Assembly (NCBI GenBank): GCA_031385345.1
Contig: JANNBI010000524.1
Location: 1-40,785 of the forward strand
Reading direction: 5' to 3'
Source: Paracoccaceae bacterium
GTDB taxonomy: Bacteria > Pseudomonadota > Alphaproteobacteria > Rhodobacterales > Rhodobacteraceae
Length of the DNA: 40,785 nucleotides
The notes beneath the pieces were generated by a model, which was not told where the DNA came from, searched no databases, and worked only from the letters and a program-made list of their open reading frames with translations. A program made the translations under genes and the position numbers. Positions 17,783 through 25,170 of the stretch are shown here, in pieces (the stretch's first letter is position 1; each line of letters opens with the position of its first letter).

Positions 17783-19177
17783 TTACTCCATCACATAGCC
17801 ATAGGCGCCGGAAAAGTCCTGCCGCGCCACTTCGCCAGCGCCGCCCTTTTGCTTGCCCGCAGTCTGGCCAAACAAGAACAGCTCTTTTTCCGAGGGGATA
17901 CGGATGCGGTCGGTCGGCAGGGCCAGCGCGTCGCCACGGGTCGGCGTGACCAGATGCGGCGTGACGATGATCACCAGTTCTGACTGCGCACGCTGATAAT
18001 CGGCGCTGCGGAACAGCATGCCAAGGATCGGAATATCGCCCAGCCATGGCACCTGACCATTCAGATCGCGGAAGTCATCCTGCAAAAGACCAGCGATGGC
18101 AAAGCTTTCGCCGTCGCGCATTTCCACCGTGGTCGAGGTTTCGCGGCGTTTGAAGGCGTTGATCGTAACGCCCCCGGTTTGCAGCGTGGTGGTGCTGTCG
18201 ATCGAGGAGACAGCGGCGTTGATCGCAAGGTTGATCAGGTCGCCGTCAACGACGGTGGGGGTAAAGTTAAGCTCTACCCCGAAGGGTTTGTATTCGACGG
18301 AAATCGTGCCGTCGCCGTTGGACACCGGGATCGGATATTCGCCGCCGGCCAGAAATTTCGCCTCTTGGCCGGACAAGGCGGTCAGGTTGGGTTCGGCCAG
18401 GGTGCGCACAACGCCTTTGGATTCAAGCGCTTCGAGCAAGACTGCGAATTCCAGCGATCCTGCGGTGAAGCCAAGGGCAAAGCCGCCTTCGGTGCCCGCA
18501 GGCGAGGTGGCCCCGGTGTCGATGCCATTGCCGGGGTCCAGCCAGGTGCCGGTTTCGCCTTGAATGCCGACCGAATTGCCGCCCGACACCGCAAGGGAGG
18601 AGGAGAGCGATTTGGAGACCGAGCGCTGCATTTCGGCAAAGCGGACCTTCAGCATCACCTGCTGGGTTCCGCCGACGCTCATCAGGTTGGAAACCCGGTC
18701 GGGCGCATAACGGTTGGCCAGATCCAGCGCGCGGTCGAGTTTGACCGCCGACGACACCACGCCCGACAGCACGATGCCGTCATTGGCGGTGCGCACTTCG
18801 ATATTTTCGCCCGGAAGGATTTGTTGCAGGCGTTCCTTGAACTCGGCAATATCCGGGGTGACATGAATCTCGACGTTCGAGATCAGTTTGCCATCCGGCG
18901 ACAGCAGGGTCATCGTGGTGCGACCCGGTGTGATGCCAAGGATGTAAATGGATTTGTCCGACAAGGTGGAAATGTCAGCGATGCCGGGGTTGGCGATGGA
19001 CAGCTCTGCAAAGGGCGTGTCGCTTTCAACCACGATTGCCCGGTTCATCGGCACCGAAAGGGGCGCCGAAGCGGTCCCCTTCATCACCGTCAGAGATTCC
19101 GCATAGACAAATTGGACCGGCAGACTGGACAAGGCCAGCCCAACAAGTCCAGCCTTTATGAGGCTTGACGTCTTCAT
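17783..19177 (-). CDS. cpaC: Tad pilus secretin CpaC/RcpA
   Basis: Track ORF 17783..19198. ATG 19177 gives the signal peptide MKTSSLIKAGLVGLALSSLPVQFVYA. Secretin core: LAEPNLTALSGQEAKFLAGGEYPIP. Confidence 0.9.
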   Translation of the reverse strand: MKTSSLIKAGLVGLALSSLPVQFVYAESLTVMKGTASAPLSVPMNRAIVVESDTPFAELSIANPGIADISTLSDKSIYILGITPGRTTMTLLSPDGKLISNVEIHVTPDIAEFKERLQQILPGENIEVRTANDGIVLSGVVSSAVKLDRALDLANRYAPDRVSNLMSVGGTQQVMLKVRFAEMQRSVSKSLSSSLAVSGGNSVGIQGETGTWLDPGNGIDTGATSPAGTEGGFALGFTAGSLEFAVLLEALESKGVVRTLAEPNLTALSGQEAKFLAGGEYPIPVSNGDGTISVEYKPFGVELNFTPTVVDGDLINLAINAAVSSIDSTTTLQTGGVTINAFKRRETSTTVEMRDGESFAIAGLLQDDFRDLNGQVPWLGDIPILGMLFRSADYQRAQSELVIIVTPHLVTPTRGDALALPTDRIRIPSEKELFLFGQTAGKQKGGAGEVARQDFSGAYGYVME

Positions 19178-19336
19178 GTGACCTGCCCTTTCGATCACGC
19201 CTCAGCGAGAGGTCCTGTGGGTCTTAATTGCCCAATCATTCACAAAGATGCACGATTTGCGATTTTTAAGCAAGAATCAAATGCTTGGTCGCTGATGCTC
19301 GTGTGGATAACTTGCAACACTCTCTATAGGTGGACG

Positions 19337-19375
19337 AAAAAACAAGACGCGCCCACCAGATCTGGCGGACGCGTC
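19337..19375 (-). terminator. Strong rho-independent terminator between cpaB and cpaC
   Basis: On the minus transcript: GACGCGUCCGCCAG/CUGGUGGGCGCGUC, a 14-bp stem that includes 2 G-U pairs, followed by UUGUUUUUU. On the plus strand the same positions are C-A mismatches, so the element is minus-strand specific. Confidence 0.7.
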
Positions 19376-19403
19376 CTGACATGGGGCCGAAGCGATTTTT
19401 CGC

Positions 19404-20243
19404 TTAGTTGGTGCAGGGGATCGGCATTTCCAGCACATCCGCACCTTTGCGGGTCTTGACGGTGCAGACTTTGGCCGGGGCTGCAACAGCCTCGGGCGCC
19501 AGCGCGGTGACACCAAGCAGGGCATTGGCATCCACCTCGACCTTGCCGGTTTCGGTTTCGTCGCCCAGACCGACCAGCGACATGACCAGACGGCCGGTGG
19601 CATTGCCCTGGGCCAGGATCGCGATTTGCTGCGGGTCAGCGGCCACGGTGATGGTGCGCTTCATGATCGCGCCGTCCGACAAGCCGTCGGCTTCGTCGCG
19701 GTTCACCGCCACAACTTCAACCGCGGTGCCGATCAGACGGGTCACTTCGGAGTTGCTGTTTTCGGTGGCGCCGGTCCAATAGATGTCAACGCGGTCGCCG
19801 GGCTGAAGGAAATCGGCGGCTTCGACCTTGATGGCAAAGGCGCGCATGCCCTTGTCCAGAGATCCGGTCAGGCCGGCGGCCTCTCCGGGTTCGGTGACCT
19901 TGGTGGCAAGGACCAGTTCAAACTTGGCCATATCGCGGGTGACGAAACGCTTTTCGTCAACTTTGTCCTCGGGGAACAGCTCCGCGATGTCGCGGAAAAT
20001 TCCCTCGGGCATGGCGCTTTCCTGGATATAGACCGTCGCCACATCCTCTTTGGTCAGCACCTGACCGTAATGCTTGTCTTTGTTGACAACGAAAGCTTCG
20101 ACCATCGGGCCGGTCCGGGCGCGCATTTCACGCTCCTTGGCCAGTGCCGTCTGGGTCTGGCTGATGTAGCCTTGGGTCATGTAAACCGCGGCCCCCGCCA
20201 ATGCGATGCCGACCAACAAGACCAAAGCGAAAACCATTCTCAT
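19404..20243 (-). CDS. cpaB: Flp pilus assembly protein CpaB/RcpC
   Basis: 279 aa with an N-terminal TM anchor (MRMVFALVLLVGIALAGAAVY). SAF/RcpC-type architecture and locus position. Confidence 0.9.
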   Translation of the reverse strand: MRMVFALVLLVGIALAGAAVYMTQGYISQTQTALAKEREMRARTGPMVEAFVVNKDKHYGQVLTKEDVATVYIQESAMPEGIFRDIAELFPEDKVDEKRFVTRDMAKFELVLATKVTEPGEAAGLTGSLDKGMRAFAIKVEAADFLQPGDRVDIYWTGATENSNSEVTRLIGTAVEVVAVNRDEADGLSDGAIMKRTITVAADPQQIAILAQGNATGRLVMSLVGLGDETETGKVEVDANALLGVTALAPEAVAAPAKVCTVKTRKGADVLEMPIPCTN

Positions 20244-20285
20244 TATTTGCCCCTTTACCCAAACCTGAAGTCTAAATCAAACACA

Positions 20286-20489
20286 CTATTGCGACATAAA
20301 TCCGACCGGGACGTCGTCGATGTAATCCGCGGTCTTTTCCGTCATCGATTCCGTTTCCAGCGCGATCGGCGTGACGACCATGATGGCCAGCCCGACAACC
20401 GCCGCCGTCAGAACCACCCAATCCACCGTCACGGCGCCGGAGGTGTCGTCCCAAAAGGTCGCGATCGCCTGTGGTCTTTGACCCGTCAT
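20286..20489 (-). CDS. Divergent Flp-family prepilin paralogue (candidate minor pilin)
   Basis: 67 aa. It shares SGAVTVDWVVLTAA(V/I)VGL with the three major copies but differs in leader and C-terminus. No terminator precedes cpaB. Confidence 0.65.
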   Translation of the reverse strand: MTGQRPQAIATFWDDTSGAVTVDWVVLTAAVVGLAIMVVTPIALETESMTEKTADYIDDVPVGFMSQ

Positions 20490-20620
20490 CTGGCAACTCC
20501 GTCATGGCTGAAGCGGACATAAGCTGTCCTTGTCAGCGGTGTTTACTGGCAAATTGTGGCCAATCCACGGCTTTGACGGGGAAATCCCTTGGCAGTTCCC
20601 CCCAAGGTTGCCGCCCTAAG

Positions 20621-20653
20621 CAAAAGGCCGCCCCCGGGTGGGAGGCGGCCCTT
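20621..20653 (-). terminator. Rho-independent terminator of flp copy 1
   Basis: GGCCGCC (20626-20632) pairs with GGCGGCC (20644-20650). The A-run 20622-25 gives UUUU on the minus transcript. Confidence 0.7.
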
Positions 20654-20675
20654 CACTGGCAGAAGCCAAAGGCAA

Positions 20676-20873
20676 TTACTGGTTTTCGTAGCCAGCGTTA
20701 CGCGCGTCCAGGTCGGTGGCGATTTCGCCGGCCAGACCGGTGATCGAGCCGCCGATCGAGGACATGACAACCATGCCCAAGCCAACGATGGCGGCGGTCA
20801 GCACAACCCAGTCAACCGTCACGGCGCCGGATTCGTCTTTTTTGAAGGCCTTGAAGATGCTCAGAAGTTTCAT
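20676..20873 (-). CDS. flp: Flp-family type IVb prepilin, copy 1
   Basis: 65 aa from ATG 20873: MKLLSIFKAFKKDESG/AVTVDWVVLTAAIVGLGMVVMSSIGGSITGLAGEIATDLDARNAGYENQ. SD AGGAC precedes the start. Confidence 0.85.
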   Translation of the reverse strand: MKLLSIFKAFKKDESGAVTVDWVVLTAAIVGLGMVVMSSIGGSITGLAGEIATDLDARNAGYENQ

Positions 20874-21124
20874 GTTAATCGTCCTATACAAGAGTTAAAG
20901 TTGCGTGTGGCACCGTGGCGAGACCCTTTGGTCCGTTTTTGGTGAGGATGTTTATTGCCGTGAAACTAGGCGCGATTGCGGCAAACCTCGGGTATTTTAG
21001 GTTCATTCGACCGGAGGTTTCGCAACAATCCGTTTCCGGTTTGCGACCAATCGGCGGGACGAGGAGGAGCTGCGACCCTTGGGCGCGGGGCGGGCGCGGG
21101 CGGGGCAGGGGGACGCCGGGCAAA

Positions 21125-21156
21125 GCAAAAGGCCGCTTCCTTTCGGAAGCGGCCCC
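21125..21156 (-). terminator. Rho-independent terminator of flp copy 2
   Basis: GGCCGCTTCC-tttc-GGAAGCGGCC (21131-21154), preceded on the plus strand by AAAA (21127-30). Confidence 0.75.
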
Positions 21157-21182
21157 TGCGTTCAGGCGAAGACGTCAGGCGA

Positions 21183-21380
21183 TTACTGGTTTTCGTAGCC
21201 AGCGTTACGCGCGTCCAGGTCGGTGGCGATTTCGCCAGCCAGACCGGTGATCGAGCCGCCGACCGAGGACATGACAACCATGCCCAGACCAACGATGGCG
21301 GCGGTCAGCACAACCCAGTCAACCGTCACGGCGCCGGATTCGTCTTTTTTGAATGCTTTGAAGATGCTCAGAAGTTTCAT
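21183..21380 (-). CDS. flp: Flp-family type IVb prepilin, copy 2
   Basis: 65 aa from ATG 21380. It is identical to copy 1 except for one Ile-to-Val change (SSVGG). Confidence 0.85.
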   Translation of the reverse strand: MKLLSIFKAFKKDESGAVTVDWVVLTAAIVGLGMVVMSSVGGSITGLAGEIATDLDARNAGYENQ

Positions 21381-21559
21381 GATTGTCGTCCTTTGTTTAG
21401 GTTGGTTTGCCCTGGTTTCGCCGCCGCAAGTCGTATCCATCTCGCTTTGGTTGAGATCATCTTCGCGGTCAAACGTGGCACGATTTGGGCATGTTCAAGG
21501 AATTTTGCGGACCATTTTAGCGGTTTGTTAACCTGGCGGAACGGGGCGCGGCGGGCAGA

Positions 21560-21590
21560 CAAAAGGCCGCTTCCCAGAAGGAAGCGGCCT
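21560..21590 (-). terminator. Rho-independent terminator of flp copy 3
   Basis: GGCCGCTTCC-cagaa-GGAAGCGGCC (21565-21589), preceded on the plus strand by AAAA (21561-64). Confidence 0.75.
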
Positions 21591-21615
21591 TTCCTAGGCA
21601 TGAAGCCAAAAGCGA

Positions 21616-21813
21616 TTACTGGTTTTCGTAGCCAGCGTTACGTGCGTCCAAGTCGGTGGCGATTTCGCCGGCCAGACCGGTGATCGAGCCGCCGACCGAC
21701 GACATGACAACCATGCCCAGGCCGACGATGGCGGCGGTCAGCACAACCCAGTCCACCGTCACGGCGCCGGATTCGTCTTTTTTGAAGGCTTTGAAGATGC
21801 TCAGCAGTTTCAT
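21616..21813 (-). CDS. flp: Flp-family type IVb prepilin, copy 3
   Basis: 65 aa from ATG 21813. The protein is identical to copy 2. Confidence 0.85.
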   Translation of the reverse strand: MKLLSIFKAFKKDESGAVTVDWVVLTAAIVGLGMVVMSSVGGSITGLAGEIATDLDARNAGYENQ

Positions 21814-22135
21814 GTGGTGCCCTTTCATGTGGCAAGGTGTAAAGCCGAAGTCGGGTCCCATGTGGGTCTGTTCGGCTTCGATGGGATCTTTTTGCCTGTA
21901 GATCGTGGCGAGACTTAGGGCATTGCGTGGCATTTTCGCAGCCAGATGATTTTTGGCAAAAATCTTATTATCTATATGAAATATAACAATATTATTTTTC
22001 GATTTGCCGGGGGTTTCCGTGGACTATGCCCTTTGGGCGCGGACAAAAAAGGCGAAATGGCCAGAATTTCTGGCAAATTGAGCGAATCTCTGCAAGTTTG
22101 GCTGCAAGACCAGAACAAAAAACAGGTCAGAGCAG

Positions 22136-22996
22136 ATGAACGGCAGGCGCCCCCTTACGGCGATTCTTATGACTTTGGTGGCCTTGGCCGCTGGAGCCGA
22201 GACGCCTGCGCTGTCGGGCAGTCAGGGATTCAAGCGAATCAAAGTGTCGGACGGATTGCCGGGCAAACGCATCACGGTGCAGATCGACCCACAAGCGCAG
22301 GCGGCCTATCTGGCGGCATTGCCAAAGGTCGATCCGGATGGGGTGGATCCTGTGGTGCCGGACGAGACGGCTGTTCTAGCCCCGGTCACACCGGCCGGCG
22401 CGCGGTACGGCTGGTTCTGGGACATGATCCCGGCGGGTCTGGGCGACAAGGATGGCCGATTCCCGGCGGCGATGGCGGCGCTGGGATTGGGGCCTGCGGG
22501 CGCATCGGTGCCGGGGCCAAGATTGCAGGCGCTGCAATCGGTGGCGGACACTTATGGCAAGGATATTTTGCGCGCGACGGTGGGCACCCAAGTCTCGCCC
22601 GCGCTGGTTCTGGCGGTGATGTCGGCGGAAAGCGGTGGCAGGTCGGACGCGGTCAGCGTCAAGGGCGCGCAGGGGCTGATGCAGTTGATGCCCGCGACGG
22701 CCGCGCGCTTTGGCGTGACCGACAGCAACGATTCGACGCAGAATATCAAGGGTGGCGTGGCCTATCTGGACTGGCTGATGACCGAATTTGACCGCGATCC
22801 CTTGATGGTGATTGCGGCCTATAATGCGGGCGAGGGGGCGGTTGCGGCCAATGCCGGGGTGCCGCCCTATACCGAAACCCGCGATTATGTGCCCAAGGTG
22901 TTGGCGGCCTGGCAGGTGGCGCAGGGTCTGTGCATGACGCCACCGGAGCTGATGACCGATCCTTGCGTGTTCAAGGTGATCTCGGCGTCTAACTAA
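22136..22996 (+). CDS. Lytic transglycosylase (SLT domain), secreted
   Basis: 286 aa with signal peptide MNGRRPLTAILMTLVALAAGA. SLT motifs: AESGGRSDAVSVKGAQGLMQLMPATA and AAYNAGEGAV. Confidence 0.85.
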   Translation: MNGRRPLTAILMTLVALAAGAETPALSGSQGFKRIKVSDGLPGKRITVQIDPQAQAAYLAALPKVDPDGVDPVVPDETAVLAPVTPAGARYGWFWDMIPAGLGDKDGRFPAAMAALGLGPAGASVPGPRLQALQSVADTYGKDILRATVGTQVSPALVLAVMSAESGGRSDAVSVKGAQGLMQLMPATAARFGVTDSNDSTQNIKGGVAYLDWLMTEFDRDPLMVIAAYNAGEGAVAANAGVPPYTETRDYVPKVLAAWQVAQGLCMTPPELMTDPCVFKVISASN

Positions 22997-23000
22997 AGCC

Positions 23001-23019
23001 GGGGGGCCGTCTGCCCCCC
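23001..23019 (+). terminator. GC hairpin after the transglycosylase gene
   Basis: GGGGGGC-cgtct-GCCCCCC. There is no U-tract. Confidence 0.35.
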
Positions 23020-23098
23020 AAAGCCCGCGTCGGCAGGCCGCCGCCGGCCCCCCCGAGGCATATTTATATCAAGATGAACGGGGCAGGGCGGTCTTTGG

Positions 23099-23725
23099 TC
23101 AACCGACGATGGTCGCTTCGGTCGCGGCACGCAGATCGGCTTCGGTCACGCCCTCGGCGCATTCGACGATTTTCAGCCCGCCCGGCACCACATCCAGCAC
23201 GCCCAGATTGGTGATGATGCGGTTGACGACGGATTTGCCGGTCAAAGGCAACGAGCAGGCGCGCAAAACCTTCGATTCGCCGTGTTTGGAGGTGTGATCC
23301 ATCACCACCACCACGCGCCCGACGCCCGCGACCAGATCCATCGCACCGCCCATGCCTTTGACCAGCTTGCCCGGAATCATCCAGTTGGCCAGATCGCCGT
23401 TTTCGGCCACTTCCATCGCGCCTAGAATCGCCATGGCGATCTTGCCGCCCCGGATCATCGCAAAGGACTGCGCGGAATCGAAATAGGCGGTTTGCGGCAG
23501 TTCGGTGATGGTCTGTTTGCCGGCATTGATCAGATCGGCATCCTCATGTCCCTCAAACGGGAAGGGGCCCATGCCCAACATGCCGTTTTCCGATTGCAGG
23601 GTCACCTCGACCCCTTGGGGGATGTAATTGGCCACCAGCGTCGGAATGCCGATGCCAAGGTTGACATACATGCCGTCCTTCAGTTCCAGCGCGGCGCGTG
23701 CCGCCATCTGATTGCGGTCCCACAT
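23099..23725 (-). CDS. scoB: 3-oxoacid CoA-transferase subunit B
   Basis: 208 aa. Catalytic-Glu motif [12 protein letters not shown], and GMGGAMDLV. Confidence 0.9.
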   Translation of the reverse strand: MWDRNQMAARAALELKDGMYVNLGIGIPTLVANYIPQGVEVTLQSENGMLGMGPFPFEGHEDADLINAGKQTITELPQTAYFDSAQSFAMIRGGKIAMAILGAMEVAENGDLANWMIPGKLVKGMGGAMDLVAGVGRVVVVMDHTSKHGESKVLRACSLPLTGKSVVNRIITNLGVLDVVPGGLKIVECAEGVTEADLRAATEATIVG

Positions 23726-23727
23726 GG

Positions 23728-23940
23728 TTATCGCCCCTTCCTTGCCGCGCCGACTTCGTAGCCGATCAGTTCCGCAGCTTCGCGGGTCATCATCATCGCG
23801 GCGATTTGCAGCACCGCCATATCGTTTTGGCCGGCATCTTCGCCAAGCGTGTCGCGGGCAACCTCGCGCGCTTTGGCGATCATCTGGGCGGCGCGCAGGG
23901 CTAGCCGGTCAATCTGCGGATCTTTGGGAAGGGTGGCCAT
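23728..23940 (-). CDS. Small hypothetical protein (70 aa) inserted between scoA and scoB
   Basis: The ATG lies 3 nt after the scoA stop, with AGGTG 6 nt upstream. Its TAA stop lies 2 nt before the scoB ATG. Third codon positions are GC-rich, like the neighbouring genes. The scoB SD (AAGGAAGGGG) lies inside its 3' end. Confidence 0.5.
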   Translation of the reverse strand: MATLPKDPQIDRLALRAAQMIAKAREVARDTLGEDAGQNDMAVLQIAAMMMTREAAELIGYEVGAARKGR

Positions 23941-23943
23941 CGG

Positions 23944-24645
23944 TTACACCTGAGGTTTGCGGGTGGTGCGGTTTTCGATCCGCTTTTCATGGGTGCCCTG
24001 CACGATGCGATGCACATAAATGCCGGGCAGGTGGATGCTGTCGGGGTCCAGCGCGCCAAGGGGCACGATTTCTTCGACCTCGACCACGCAGACCCGGCCC
24101 GAGGTGGCGGCGGGCGGGTTGAAATTGCGCGCCGTCTTGCGGAACACCAGATTGCCCGAGGGATCGGCCTTCCAGGCCTTCACGATGGACAGATCAGACA
24201 CGATGCCGCGTTCGAGGATATAGTCCTGCCCGTCAAAGGTTTTCACATCCTTGCCATCCGCGATGACCGTGCCGACGCCGGTTTTGGTGTAAAAACCGGG
24301 GATGCCAGCGCCACCGGCGCGCAGGCGTTCGGCAAGGGTGCCTTGAGGGTTGAATTCCAGCTCCAGTTCGCCGGACAGGTATTGCCGCATGAATTCGGCG
24401 TTTTCCCCGACATAGGACGAGATCATTTTCTTGATCTGCCGGGTTTCCAGCAGTTGGCCAAGGCCGAACCCGTCCACGCCTGCATTGTTGGAGGCCACGG
24501 TCAGCCCCTTGGTGCCCGCATCGCGGATCGCGGCGATCAGCAGTTCAGGGATGCCGCATAGTCCAAAGCCGCCGGCGGCGATCAGCATGCCGTCAAACAA
24601 CAGCCCGTCAAGCGCCGCGCCGGCGCTGGGATAGATTTTCTTCAT
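23944..24645 (-). CDS. scoA: 3-oxoacid CoA-transferase subunit A
   Basis: Track ORF 23944..24702. ATG 24645 gives [34 protein letters not shown]..., a typical ScoA N-terminus. Confidence 0.9.
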   Translation of the reverse strand: MKKIYPSAGAALDGLLFDGMLIAAGGFGLCGIPELLIAAIRDAGTKGLTVASNNAGVDGFGLGQLLETRQIKKMISSYVGENAEFMRQYLSGELELEFNPQGTLAERLRAGGAGIPGFYTKTGVGTVIADGKDVKTFDGQDYILERGIVSDLSIVKAWKADPSGNLVFRKTARNFNPPAATSGRVCVVEVEEIVPLGALDPDSIHLPGIYVHRIVQGTHEKRIENRTTRKPQV

Positions 24646-24875
24646 TTGGATCCCCGCAAACTCTTGCCGCCAGATATGATCTGCGCCTTTTGCCAAAGTC
24701 AATTGCCGCGCCGCAGCGGGCCAAAATTGCTGGGGCAGGGGCGGCCTGTGCGTCGCATCATCGGCGGTCAGGGCGGCGGGGGTTCGGCGTTGGTCATGGA
24801 CGGGGACGTGCCGCCGCGCTGCCCCTTTACGCGGGCGCTGAAGGCCTTATGGTGCAGGGCGGTGCCCCCAACGCT

Positions 24876-24961
24876 GCCCGCGTGGTGAAATGGTAGACAC
24901 ATGAGACTTAAAATCTCCCGATCGCAAGGTCGTGCCGGTTCAAGTCCGGCCGCGGGCACCA
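24876..24961 (+). tRNA. tRNA-Leu, anticodon UAA, class II long variable arm, CCA encoded
   Basis: Acceptor stem GCCCGCG/CGCGGGC, D-arm GTGAAATGGTAGACAC, anticodon loop CTTAAAA (TAA at 24909-24911), variable arm CGATCGCAAGGTCGTG, T-arm CCGGTTCAAGTCCGG, and 3' ACCA. Confidence 0.9.
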
Positions 24962-25170
24962 TCCGGCACCAGTGACCTGCGGGAGTGCGGTCGCGGTTTG
25001 CGGGCGTTGGGTTCGGGATTTTTGGGCGAAGGGTCGGGGCCTTGCATCCCGCTGGGTCTATCCGCGTTGGCAGGGATAGCCGCTGTCAAAAGACCGGCGG
25101 TGTTTTGTCCATAGGCTTTGGTGGGCTTCCCCGGTCGGACCGAAAACCGTTCGTCGCGGTTGTCGCGCTT

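Larger units (their letters stand above)
20676..21813 (-). repeat. Tandem triplication of a 198-bp pilin CDS (periods 507 and 433 bp)
   Basis: By eye, copy 1 vs copy 2 shows about 6 mismatches in 198 nt and copy 1 vs copy 3 about 10. Nearly all are synonymous. The spacers are not conserved apart from the terminators. Confidence 0.9.

Noticed and set aside
20621-21813. Regularly spaced repeats that might suggest a CRISPR array
   Set aside because: The repeat unit is a 198-bp protein-coding pilin gene with a period of 433-507 bp. It is not a short 25-40 bp repeat with unique spacers, and there are no cas genes.
21950-22090. TGGCA-containing motifs (ttttGGCAaaaatc, ctGGCAaattgagc) that resemble sigma-54 -24 elements
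   Set aside because: No properly spaced TTGC -12 element follows either one, and no enhancer-binding protein gene is nearby.
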